A stretch of 39,250 nt of DNA from Nitrososphaeraceae archaeon (GTDB taxonomy: Archaea; Thermoproteota; Nitrososphaeria; Nitrososphaerales; Nitrososphaeraceae): contig DATFEP010000086.1 of the NCBI GenBank assembly GCA_035250975.1, positions 1 through 39,250 on the forward strand. Direction: 5' to 3'. The notes beneath the pieces are model-generated. The model had not been told where the DNA came from, ran no database searches, and was given only the letters and a program-made list of their open reading frames with translations. The translations under genes were made by a program, and so were the position numbers. Shown in pieces: positions 29,701-38,224 of this stretch. Each line of letters begins with the position of its first letter. The first letter of the stretch is position 1.

Positions 29701-29871
29701 ATGGGAAGTAGAAAAAGACGCACCATTAAGCCTCAACGGAAGACTAGAAGCGTTGAAGGACGTTGTCCAAAATGTACAACTATTGTAAGATTTAATGTTT
29801 CCGGCCCAGTTGGGGATGAAATCTATGAATGTAGAGGCTGTATGTCTAAATATCATATTGATGAGTTATAA
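29701..29871 (+). CDS. 56-aa basic zinc-ribbon microprotein (not in ORF track)
   Basis: MGSRKRRTIKPQRKTRSVEGRCPKCTTIVRFNVSGPVGDEIYECRGCMSKYHIDEL*; TTTATAAA at 29658-29665. Confidence 0.85.
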   Translation: MGSRKRRTIKPQRKTRSVEGRCPKCTTIVRFNVSGPVGDEIYECRGCMSKYHIDEL

Positions 29872-29984
29872 TTTCATACTTGACAGTGGTAGTGTTTATT
29901 TGAAATACTACGTATTCTTAAAGTGAGACTTTTGTATTCAAGCTCCAATTACATTTTATAATGCATCTCATTCATTATTAGTAG

Positions 29985-30248
29985 ATGGAACGCAGAATAG
30001 AGTATTCTGGTAAAGTGTATCTTTACAGCAGTGGAATGCCCAAAGAATTGATAGAAGTAGCCAAATCCAAATTAGTCGATGATTGCGGCGTAGTTTTGCA
30101 AGATATTGAGCTTATTGAGGTCCCCGAAGGCGTGCCACAAGGTTGCATAATGATTACCATCTGGCCACATTATTTGTCAGTTGCTAAAGTAAAAAGAGTC
30201 AGGGAAGGGTCAATTTATGCACCGCAGTTGTTCAATATTGATATATGA
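29985..30248 (+). CDS. Hypothetical protein
   Basis: 87-aa ORF, GC above flanks, TTTTATAA about 25-30 nt upstream. Confidence 0.75.
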   Translation: MERRIEYSGKVYLYSSGMPKELIEVAKSKLVDDCGVVLQDIELIEVPEGVPQGCIMITIWPHYLSVAKVKRVREGSIYAPQLFNIDI

Positions 30249-30480
30249 TTAATGATTCAGGAATTTATTATTTTATAGATTTCCTCACAATTTGACTTCA
30301 TCATTGAATATGTATTAAGGATTTTTTTGTATCTTGATTTTCGACAGTGTTATATTCTTGATGTTATCTCTTATTATACAAAATATTTATTTTATGAAAA
30401 AATTTAAATGAGTAATAAATTGAGCCACCCACCCAGAGCAGAATACTTAAAATTAGTTGTACTGATTTTATCTAATAGGT

Positions 30481-30630
30481 ATGGTGATATCTTTTTTTTG
30501 CAAAAGAGAGAGACATTCCGACTGTCCATTAGAGATGCCGGTCGAAGAAACATGTGGTCCAAATCATGACTGCTCATTTGATATAAAAATGACTAAATGC
30601 CATTGTACGTGTCATTATCACTCTAAATAG
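30481..30630 (+). CDS. 49-aa Cys/His-rich microprotein (not in ORF track)
   Basis: MVISFFCKRERHSDCPLEMPVEETCGPNHDCSFDIKMTKCHCTCHYHSK*; 7 Cys and 5 His. Confidence 0.75.
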   Translation: MVISFFCKRERHSDCPLEMPVEETCGPNHDCSFDIKMTKCHCTCHYHSK

Positions 30631-30725
30631 CAACTTATCGATTTCACTTAATATATCATGTATTTTTAATTACTGATTCGTTTGAGGATGGTAAAATTAA
30701 TTAAAAAGATAAAATAACATAACCT

Positions 30726-30866
30726 ATGCTTAATGAAACAGTAAATACATGTTCCTTCTGTAATTCTAAAGCGCTTTCCGGTTATAGTCTCTGTTCCAAA
30801 TGTATGAAATTGTATAACATTTCGGTTAGTGAAAATGAGCTAGATGGTTGTGGATGTGATAAATAA
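30726..30866 (+). CDS. 46-aa Cys-rich microprotein (not in ORF track)
   Basis: MLNETVNTCSFCNSKALSGYSLCSKCMKLYNISVSENELDGCGCDK*; CxxC-x10-CxxC plus CGC; TTAATTAA at 30697-30704. Confidence 0.7.
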   Translation: MLNETVNTCSFCNSKALSGYSLCSKCMKLYNISVSENELDGCGCDK

Positions 30867-30918
30867 AAAATTCCATGCTGTTTAATATTTTTTATATTAC
30901 CAGTATTTATTTCCTTAG

Positions 30919-30984
30919 AGGGTCAGAAAATGGTATCTTTTATCATGTAGTTTTTATCATACAGCCACCACGTCATCATTCCCT
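30919..30984 (-). ncRNA. Box C/D 2'-O-methylation guide sRNA
   Basis: Minus strand: AGGG-A-[C: AUGAUGA]-CGUGGUGGCUGU-[D': AUGA]-UAAAAACUAC-[C': AUGAUAA]-AAGAUACCAUUUU-[D: CUGA]-CCCU. Terminal stem AGGG/CCCU, 12- and 13-nt guides. Confidence 0.75.
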
Positions 30985-30989
30985 GCAAT

Positions 30990-31535
30990 TTAACTAAATC
31001 CTATACTATCTAACAAGTCTTGCGCTTTTTTCTTTAATTTGTTATCTATCTTTACCACGACTATTCCTTCTAGTGGTTGTCCATAAAGAACTACCGATTG
31101 GTCTCGAGCCAATGCAAAAACTGGGAGCGCTAGCAAATCCTCTTCTCCATCTACAAACACCATTGCATGTTCATTCCTCTCGACTATTTTTTCTATTATA
31201 TCATAGGCTTCTTTTGAGATAGTTCCCTGTCTGTTAGTACATTTATAAAATTTTATTTTATTTTTATTTGAATAAGCTTTTATTATTTCTGAATTCTTGA
31301 GTTCTGGTCTCCTTATTCTTCTTTCTACGCCATCAATTATTGCTATTTTCGGATAAATGCCATATGATAAGATTCTTTCCGTGGTCGCATCACCAACAGT
31401 AACTATAGTTGTCTGGTTGTCGTCCTTATAGCTGTCAATTATCTTTATTATATTCTCTTTAGTGATGTTTTGCTTTTTTATTAGAGCTCCAAATGGTTTT
31501 TTTAAAATACTTAAATGTTCTTCTTTTACTGGCAT
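30990..31535 (-). CDS. GTP-dependent dephospho-CoA kinase (DUF359)
   Basis: LKKPFG, VGDATT, IIDG, DGEEDLLALP, YGQPLEG. Confidence 0.9.
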   Translation of the reverse strand: MPVKEEHLSILKKPFGALIKKQNITKENIIKIIDSYKDDNQTTIVTVGDATTERILSYGIYPKIAIIDGVERRIRRPELKNSEIIKAYSNKNKIKFYKCTNRQGTISKEAYDIIEKIVERNEHAMVFVDGEEDLLALPVFALARDQSVVLYGQPLEGIVVVKIDNKLKKKAQDLLDSIGFS

Positions 31536-31552
31536 TTTTTACCTTATTTTTG

Positions 31553-32647
31553 TCAATTACTAGCTTCATTCTTAGTTTCTTGTTCAGATTGTTCTCGACT
31601 ATTCATTTCCGAAGCTAACACACTGATTCTACCTGCTACTGATTTGGCTATCTTTAGGAATGCTTGACTTTGTGAAGACTCAGGTTCTGAGATAACAGTT
31701 GGTTTTCCAGTATCACTTCCTTGCATAATCTGTGGATGCAATGGAATTTCCCCTAAATACGGTATGTTGAATTGTTCACTTATTTTTAGCCCTCCCCCTG
31801 AACCGAAAATATGAACGTCAGATTTACAATGAGGGCATTGAAGATAACTCATATTTTCTACCACTCCAATTATTGGAACATTTAATTTGTTGAACATCCC
31901 AATTGCTTTCACTGCAACATTCATTGCTATATCTTGTGGAGTTGTAACCACCAAGATTCCAGTTATTGGAATGGTTTGTGCTATAGTTAATGGAGCATCT
32001 CCAGTACCTGGAGGAAGGTCGATGATGAGGTAATCTAGATCACCCCAATTAACATCAGTCAAGAATTGTTTAATTATTCCAGAAATTATCGGTCCTCGGT
32101 AAATTCCAGCCTGTTGAGATTGTTCGTAGAAAAAACCCATAGAAATTATCTTCACGCCATCTGCGATTGGTGGCTGAATCTTATTTTTTTCTACCATTGG
32201 TGTATCTTTTAATCCAAACATCAATGGAACGCTTGGCCCATAGATATCAGCGTCTAAAAGTCCAACCTTAGCACCTGTTTTAGCAAGAGATAATGCCAAA
32301 TTTACCGAAACTGTTGTTTTCCCAACTCCCCCTTTTCCACTCGCTACTGCTATAATATTCTTAACTCCAGGCAACAATTCGTCCAATGATATTGCCCTAC
32401 CTTCCATAACTCTGGCAGTAACTCTAAGATCTAGATCTGCCACCCCCAAGTTGGCAATAGTGTTTCTTACATCTTGTTCTATTTCACTATTAAATGGACA
32501 TGCAGGAGTAGTAAGTTCCAGAGTAAAAGATACTTTATTATTATTAATATCCAGATCTTTGATCATTCCCATTGAAACTATATCTTTATGTAATTCGGGG
32601 TCAACAACTTTTTTCAATGAGGTGAGAACTTGATCAACTGTAACCAT
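31553..32647 (-). CDS. mrp: Mrp/ApbC/NBP35 iron-sulfur cluster carrier ATPase
   Basis: N-terminal DUF59 (DPEL, TTPACP), SGKGGVGKT, DADIYGPS, DLPPGTGD, ENMSYLQCPHC. Start ATG 32647. Confidence 0.93.
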   Translation of the reverse strand: MVTVDQVLTSLKKVVDPELHKDIVSMGMIKDLDINNNKVSFTLELTTPACPFNSEIEQDVRNTIANLGVADLDLRVTARVMEGRAISLDELLPGVKNIIAVASGKGGVGKTTVSVNLALSLAKTGAKVGLLDADIYGPSVPLMFGLKDTPMVEKNKIQPPIADGVKIISMGFFYEQSQQAGIYRGPIISGIIKQFLTDVNWGDLDYLIIDLPPGTGDAPLTIAQTIPITGILVVTTPQDIAMNVAVKAIGMFNKLNVPIIGVVENMSYLQCPHCKSDVHIFGSGGGLKISEQFNIPYLGEIPLHPQIMQGSDTGKPTVISEPESSQSQAFLKIAKSVAGRISVLASEMNSREQSEQETKNEASN

Positions 32648-32670
32648 GCTGAAAACAAAATATTCGACAA

Positions 32671-32680
32671 TATTTAAATA
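32671..32680 (-). promoter_or_regulatory. Putative TATA box of the mrp-DUF359-sRNA transcript
   Basis: TATTTAAATA 24-33 nt upstream of the mrp ATG. Confidence 0.5.
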
Positions 32681-32811
32681 TTCATTTATACAAGACGAAA
32701 TTGGAACAAGTACATTAATAATAACTACTGTTGCTTGGTAATCTACTCTGAGATACATCTATTTAAACAAAAAGTTCATAAATTGATATAATACATCCTA
32801 ATTGGTCTAGA

Positions 32812-33408
32812 ATGTTTTATATTATTTCAATGACTGACATTGTTAGAATTCCTCCTAATAGATTAACTGACTCGCTCAAAAATACTGCAATAGGTATTTT
32901 AAAAGAAAAATACGAAAGCATGATTAGTCAAGAATTAGGCTATGTAATAATGATAATAGATGCTAAAGTTGATTCAGTGGGTAAACTAGTGACAGGCGAT
33001 GGAGCCACGTATCATAAAGTAACCTTCAAGGCTTTGACTTTCTTTCCAAAGATTCAAGAAATAGTGGAGGGAGAGATAATCGAAATCACCGACTTCGGTG
33101 CATTTGTAAGGATAGGACCTACAGATGCATTATTACATCTATCTCAAATTACCGATGATTATCTCAAAAGTGATATAAAACAGGGTCTTATTATTGCAAA
33201 CCAGTCTTCAAAATCATTAAGGATAGGCTCAAAAATGAGAGCCAGAATTACCGCTGTTAGTTTGGGAAAAGGAACTTCAATGGGAAAAATAGGGATCACA
33301 TGTAGACAGCCTTTCTTGGGCTCTTTTGAATGGATTAATGAAGAGGTAGAGAAAACAAAACAACCAACACAACAAGCCACGAAGGAGAAAAAGGGAGGTT
33401 CAAAGTAA
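32812..33408 (+). CDS. rpoE1: DNA-directed RNA polymerase subunit E' (Rpo7)
   Basis: DIVRIPP, GDGATY, S1 domain FGAFVRIGPTDALLHLSQI, CRQPFLG. Confidence 0.96.
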   Translation: MFYIISMTDIVRIPPNRLTDSLKNTAIGILKEKYESMISQELGYVIMIIDAKVDSVGKLVTGDGATYHKVTFKALTFFPKIQEIVEGEIIEITDFGAFVRIGPTDALLHLSQITDDYLKSDIKQGLIIANQSSKSLRIGSKMRARITAVSLGKGTSMGKIGITCRQPFLGSFEWINEEVEKTKQPTQQATKEKKGGSK

Positions 33409-33412
33409 ATAA

Positions 33413-33601
33413 ATGCCAAAAGAGCTAGCATGTAAGAAATGTAAGGCTATCACTATCGGTAAGGTATGTCCTGTATGCAATTCAACGGAACTTTCACGCG
33501 ACTGGTCTGGTATTATTATAATATTTGATCCTGAAAAATCTCAAATAGCTCATACATTAGAATTAAAAACGGCACACAAATATGCGTTAAAAGTCTCTTG
33601 A
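33413..33601 (+). CDS. spt4: Transcription elongation factor Spt4 (RpoE'')
   Basis: ACKKCK, CPVC, DWSGIIII, YALKV; directly follows rpoE1. Confidence 0.95.
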   Translation: MPKELACKKCKAITIGKVCPVCNSTELSRDWSGIIIIFDPEKSQIAHTLELKTAHKYALKVS

Positions 33602-34467
33602 CCAGAAAACTATATGATTATTTAGAATTAAGGAAAACTCTGGAAAATTTCATACAGGAGGACCTCGGTACTGGAGACGTTACCAGTGAAAATCTAAGAT
33701 TTAAGGATAAAGTAGTTTCTGGAGTAATAATCTATAAGTCTAAAAAGCCTGGAATCCTTTGTGGGATGGAAGAAACCGAACTTCTATTTCAGATGTTCGG
33801 TTGTGATACAAAATGTATGACAAAAGACGGAATGAAACTACCTTCAAAAACACAAGTCATGGAGATCAAAGGCAAGGCAAAAAATATTCTAAAGGTTGAA
33901 AGAACTGCATTAAATCTTCTTATGCGAATGAGCGGAATCGCAACCAATACTAGAAAATTTTTAGATATAACAAGGAATATAGACCCTTCAATATTGATAG
34001 CTGCTACTAGAAAGACTGCACCTGGTTTAAGAATCTTCGATAAAAAGGCTGTCCTCATAGGAGGAGGAACAACTCATCGTTTAAGACTTGATGATATGGT
34101 ACTGATAAAAGATAACCATCTTCAAATTGAGAAGTCTATATCAAAACTGATACCATTTATTAAAAAAAGAGTAGGGTCATCGATTGAAATAGAGTGCGAG
34201 GTAAGGAACCTATCTGGAGCTCTAGAAGCAATAAATTCAGGTGCTAATATAATAATGTTAGACAACTTTTCTCCTTTGAATGTTAAGAAAACAATCTTAA
34301 AAATTGCTCAATTAGGTCTCAGAGGCAAGGTCAAGATAGAAGTGTCGGGGGGGATAACATTAGATAATATTTCAAAGTATGCTATTTCTAGACCTGACAT
34401 CATCTCGGTAGGCCAATTGACGCATTCTTCCCCCGCGTTGGATTTTAGCTTAAAAATTGTGAACTAA
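33598..34467 (+). CDS. nadC: Nicotinate-nucleotide pyrophosphorylase (carboxylating)
   Basis: EDLGTGDVT, ERTALN, TRKTAPG, HRLRLDD, IKDNH, MLDN, EVSGGI. Confidence 0.96.
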   Translation: MTRKLYDYLELRKTLENFIQEDLGTGDVTSENLRFKDKVVSGVIIYKSKKPGILCGMEETELLFQMFGCDTKCMTKDGMKLPSKTQVMEIKGKAKNILKVERTALNLLMRMSGIATNTRKFLDITRNIDPSILIAATRKTAPGLRIFDKKAVLIGGGTTHRLRLDDMVLIKDNHLQIEKSISKLIPFIKKRVGSSIEIECEVRNLSGALEAINSGANIIMLDNFSPLNVKKTILKIAQLGLRGKVKIEVSGGITLDNISKYAISRPDIISVGQLTHSSPALDFSLKIVN

Positions 34468-34503
34468 AAAATAAACTTTATAAATAAAACCGTACAGATA
34501 GGA

Positions 34504-34683
34504 TTATCTTCTTCTCATTCGCTCTGGTTTCTTTTGTCCAGGTGGAATTCTTTTCTCAAACCTTTTTATGAAATTGTCCTTGTTTCTTACCTTTGAAATA
34601 GGACTCGATCTCTTCTTTGCTTCAACCTTTGGTGTTTGCCCTTTGACTTTTCCTGCTTTCGTAAGCGATCCGTGAGTTGGCAT
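34504..34683 (-). CDS. rps30e: 30S ribosomal protein S30e
   Basis: [20 protein letters not shown]; start ATG 34683 with TTTATTAA about 25-33 nt upstream. Confidence 0.95.
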   Translation of the reverse strand: MPTHGSLTKAGKVKGQTPKVEAKKRSSPISKVRNKDNFIKRFEKRIPPGQKKPERMRRR

Positions 34684-34830
34684 TTCTATCTTAATATTCA
34701 TTATCTCTTAATAAATGTATTACGAGTAAAGTGGCAATCTTTGTATGTTGTTAGCATTCTTGAGGCAAGGTTATCCTAGATAGTACTACTTTAAATGATC
34801 ATTTTCATATACCTTCTCATACTAAAGTAA

Positions 34831-35781
34831 ATGAATTTATCAAAAAAACAGTATATTGAAGAAATACTTTCGTTGAAGAAAGAAAGGAATGCAGTAGTAC
34901 TTGCACACAACTACCAACTTCCAGAAGTGCAGGATATATCTGATTTTATAGGAGATTCATTAGCGCTTTCAAGGCAAGCAGAAAAAACAAAGGCTAAGAC
35001 AATTATTTTTTGTGGTGTTCATTTTATGGCAGAAACTGCATCAATTATATGTCCAGACAAGACTGTTCTTATTCCGGATCTTTCTGCAGGATGTTCTTTA
35101 GCATCATCAATTAATTCAGAAGAGTTGGAAAATTGGAAAAAAGAACATCCCAGCGCTGTAGTTGTAAGTTACGTCAATACGTCAGCAGACGTTAAGGCTC
35201 TTTCAGATTACTGTTGCACATCATCAAATGCAGTCAAAGTTGTGAATAGTATTCCTGAGGATAAGGAGATTCTGTTTCTTCCTGACATGTTCTTGGGAGC
35301 TTATGTAGAAAAAATAACTCAAAGAAAAAATATGTTTATCTGGGCAGGAGAGTGTCATGTTCATGCGGGGATAAAATCTGATGATATCAATTCGGTATTA
35401 AAAAAATATAGACACGCAGACTTTTTGGTACATCCTGAATGTAGTTGCACATCATCTACGATGTATCATATGGCAATGGGAGATCTTCAGAAAACTGGTT
35501 ACATTTTATCTACAGAAGGAATGATGAAACATGCTAGGAGTTCTACAAATAATGAATTTGTCGTAGCCACAGAAACCGGAATACTTTACAGAATGCAAAA
35601 AGAAAATCAAGACAAAAATTTCATACCATTAAAAAATGATGCTGTATGTAAATACATGAAAATGATAACGATAGAGAAGGTATACAATTCACTATTAAAT
35701 AATGTATATAAAGTTCAGGTTCCAAGAAAAATTGCAGACAACGCCAGACTCGCAATTGAGAGAATGCTGTCAATTGGATAA
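34831..35781 (+). CDS. nadA: Quinolinate synthase A
   Basis: LAHNYQ, GDSL, CGVHFMAE, AGCSLA, YVNTS, CHVH, HPEC, CKYMK. Confidence 0.97.
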   Translation: MNLSKKQYIEEILSLKKERNAVVLAHNYQLPEVQDISDFIGDSLALSRQAEKTKAKTIIFCGVHFMAETASIICPDKTVLIPDLSAGCSLASSINSEELENWKKEHPSAVVVSYVNTSADVKALSDYCCTSSNAVKVVNSIPEDKEILFLPDMFLGAYVEKITQRKNMFIWAGECHVHAGIKSDDINSVLKKYRHADFLVHPECSCTSSTMYHMAMGDLQKTGYILSTEGMMKHARSSTNNEFVVATETGILYRMQKENQDKNFIPLKNDAVCKYMKMITIEKVYNSLLNNVYKVQVPRKIADNARLAIERMLSIG

Positions 35782-35993
35782 TAGCAATAAAATATAATAT
35801 AGAGTTGTGGATTGGTAACACATATTTCTATTGATAATTACCAAAAAAACACATTTTATTATAAATATACTGCTATGAGACACTAATACATTAAATCAAT
35901 TGCATAATTCGAAAATCATGATCTACGACATTAAAATATTAGAATTTTCAGAAATCTATTAATTTACTTAACAAATACATTAGAAATACATAA

Positions 35994-36830
35994 ATGAAAA
36001 AAATTTCGATAATTGGTTGCGGTGCAATTGGGAGTGAATTGGCCCTTTCAATTGATTCAGAGATGCTTGACAAGGTAAAAATATCTTCTCTATTTGATTT
36101 AAATTTAGAATATGCCGAAAATTTACGTTCTATCCTAAAAAATAATTCTCCAGAACTCTATGGTAATTTTTCAGATTATGTCAATTCCAAATCTTTTAAA
36201 GAGGTGGATCTAGTGATAGAATCGGCATCACAAGAAGCTGTTAAAGCATACATTAGAAAAATTTTATCTGAACGAAAAGATATTTTGGTTATGAGTGTGG
36301 GATCTTTTGCTGATTCTATTTTTTATGCTGATATACTCAAATATGTTACCAAATATGACAACAATATTTATGTTCCCTCCGGAGCTATAGCAGGAATTGA
36401 TGCTATAAAAAGCACAAGGAATTTTATTAGTTCTGTAACTCTGACGACAACCAAAAACCCAGAATCACTTAGGGGGGCTCCATTTTTTCAAACATCGGAA
36501 ATAGACTTGGATTCATTAAAAAAAAGGACTAATATTTTTGAAGGTTCTGCAGTTGAAGCTGTTAAGTATTTTCCCGCTAATGTCAACGTAGCAGCACTAT
36601 TGGGGCTAGTAGGTTTAGGCGTTGAAAAAACCAAAGTTAACATCGTAGTAGATCCCTCTATTCGAATTAATAAACACGAAATAAAAGTAACAGGCAAATT
36701 CGGAGAATTGATAATCATGGTAAAGAATATTCCTAGTTCTAAAAATCCACGAACTAGTTATTTAGCGATATTGTCAGCTCTTGAATGTATAAGATCTATT
36801 GTTTCAAGTGGTGTAAAATATGGAACATAA
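35994..36830 (+). CDS. nadX: L-aspartate dehydrogenase
   Basis: IIGCGAIG, ESASQ, MSVG, PSGAIAGID, FPANVNVAA, HEI, NPRTSYLA. Confidence 0.95.
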   Translation: MKKISIIGCGAIGSELALSIDSEMLDKVKISSLFDLNLEYAENLRSILKNNSPELYGNFSDYVNSKSFKEVDLVIESASQEAVKAYIRKILSERKDILVMSVGSFADSIFYADILKYVTKYDNNIYVPSGAIAGIDAIKSTRNFISSVTLTTTKNPESLRGAPFFQTSEIDLDSLKKRTNIFEGSAVEAVKYFPANVNVAALLGLVGLGVEKTKVNIVVDPSIRINKHEIKVTGKFGELIIMVKNIPSSKNPRTSYLAILSALECIRSIVSSGVKYGT

Positions 36831-36918
36831 AATGGGTATTATTATTGCGATTGCCCCTTTTTTAGTATCGAGTTATCTGATTTATATTAACGTAGTATAA
36901 ATAAATAGGCAAACCACC

Positions 36919-37296
36919 TTGTTGAATAATTTAATAGCTATAATTGTCATATGTTTTATAGTTGTAGGTAGTCTATGGGGAATTGGAAATCTACTATATC
37001 CAGATGATAGTTCCATCCGGTCAACTGATGGGATCTTGCTTATAGCTGAAAACAATTTATTTAACAATACCAATCCAACCATAGACGTTCATTTAGGACA
37101 TCCTCAAAAACTGACTATTGTTAACAAAGATTTTGTAAAACATGACTTTATTGTAGATGAATTGGGGATCAATACATCATTTCTATCATCGGGTCAGGAT
37201 TTCGTAACTGCAATTGCTTCCAAGAATAATGGAACTTTTGAATATTATTGCTCTTTACATCCGTCTACAATGAACGGAAAAATAATAATCTCTTGA
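36919..37296 (+). CDS. Membrane-anchored cupredoxin (type-1 blue copper) protein
   Basis: N-terminal TM; ligand set H in KHDF plus C/H/M in YYCSLHPSTM. Confidence 0.88.
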   Translation: MLNNLIAIIVICFIVVGSLWGIGNLLYPDDSSIRSTDGILLIAENNLFNNTNPTIDVHLGHPQKLTIVNKDFVKHDFIVDELGINTSFLSSGQDFVTAIASKNNGTFEYYCSLHPSTMNGKIIIS

Positions 37297-37382
37297 TTTT
37301 GCAATTTTGTCTGAAAAAAATTACTTTGACTAAAGGGAGAAAGAATAAATTCTAACAATAAATAATCTATTGTTATATTCAT

Positions 37383-37670
37383 ATGTTCAATACAAATTCG
37401 GGTAGTAGTAATAAGAAGAAAATAGAAAAGATAAACTTGGGAATAAAACAAACAGTTTTGGAAAGAGCCAAACATCGCTGTCAATCTTGTTCGAAAAAAT
37501 TTAAGAATCAAGATACACCATTTTTTTATCACATTAATGGTTCTTTAAAAGATAATCGTCCTGCAAATCTTAAAGCATTATGTAAAGAATGCTTTGAACG
37601 AACAGGAGAAAATAAAATCAAAGATAATATGATAGGAAAAATCCGATCCCTTTTTAGAAGGATAGTCTAA
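37383..37670 (+). CDS. HNH-fold zinc-binding protein with degenerate active site
   Basis: VLERAKHRCQSC...YHING...NRPANLKALCKECF. Confidence 0.75.
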   Translation: MFNTNSGSSNKKKIEKINLGIKQTVLERAKHRCQSCSKKFKNQDTPFFYHINGSLKDNRPANLKALCKECFERTGENKIKDNMIGKIRSLFRRIV

Positions 37671-37729
37671 CTATATTCATATCGCACTTTAATTTGTCTA
37701 TTATGTGTTTTTTCTAAATTCTAGTGCTA

Positions 37730-37876
37730 TTATTTAGAGTCTAAAAAAAGATCTTTATGTTCTTCCGAACAAAAATGTTCGATTTTAAAGACTCCTCTAT
37801 TTGAGTCTCCTTCGATATGGGGCCACCCCAGATCAAAAAATAATTTTCCACAATAGCCGCATGTTTTACTGTCCAT
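37730..37876 (-). CDS. 48-aa TRASH/YHS-like metal-binding microprotein (not in ORF track)
   Basis: MDSKTCGYCGKLFFDLGWPHIEGDSNRGVFKIEHFCSEEHKDLFLDSK*; CxxCG...FCSEEH; TTTTAT 25-30 nt upstream. Confidence 0.78.
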   Translation of the reverse strand: MDSKTCGYCGKLFFDLGWPHIEGDSNRGVFKIEHFCSEEHKDLFLDSK

Positions 37877-37955
37877 CAACAAAATAAATTGTTTAAAGTA
37901 ATAAAAGTTATTTTTTTTAATAACTATTATATTATATATTTTTAATATTTTTACT

Positions 37956-38132
37956 ATGAAGATATTTTTACAATTAATCTGTGATCAATGTGACAAAATA
38001 ATATTAGAAAAGGAGGGTCAGTCTCACCTCTATACCGAAAGATTTCCTATTACAGAAGAAGAAATGTCTATTTTAAATAAAGAACATAGGGGACATGAAT
38101 GTCATATTGAAGCAGTAGAAAAACAAATCTAA
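37956..38132 (+). CDS. 58-aa CxxC/HxxHxCH microprotein (not in ORF track)
   Basis: MKIFLQLICDQCDKIILEKEGQSHLYTERFPITEEEMSILNKEHRGHECHIEAVEKQI*; TTATAT upstream; T-run after the stop. Confidence 0.82.
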   Translation: MKIFLQLICDQCDKIILEKEGQSHLYTERFPITEEEMSILNKEHRGHECHIEAVEKQI

Positions 38133-38192
38133 CTTTCTTTTTCAATATAGTGATCAAATCAGAAATTAAAAATTTTTTTGTCTTATATAATT

Positions 38193-38224
38193 AATGCCTA
38201 CGACTTGAATGCCTACGACTTGAA
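38193..38224. repeat. Perfect 15-bp tandem duplication AATGCCTACGACTTG
   Basis: Copies at 38193-38207 and 38208-38222, plus AA. Confidence 0.9.

Noticed and set aside
29659-29856. 65-aa minus-strand ORF from the track
   Set aside because: Antisense shadow of the plus-strand zinc-ribbon gene 29701-29871.
30257-30304. Second box C/D sRNA (minus-strand ATGATGA...CTGA)
   Set aside because: No C' box, no proper terminal stem, and AT-only guide region.
30408-30569. Alternative-frame 53-aa ORF overlapping the Cys/His microprotein
   Set aside because: No motif; the 30481 frame has the strong ligand pattern.
25828-37670. Restriction-modification pairing of Dam with the HNH protein
   Set aside because: About 11 kb apart, separated by core genes, and the HNH active site is degenerate.
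37766-37830. Three small hairpins suggesting a structured RNA
   Set aside because: Stems are only 5-6 bp and lie within the TRASH-like microprotein ORF, which explains the local GC content.
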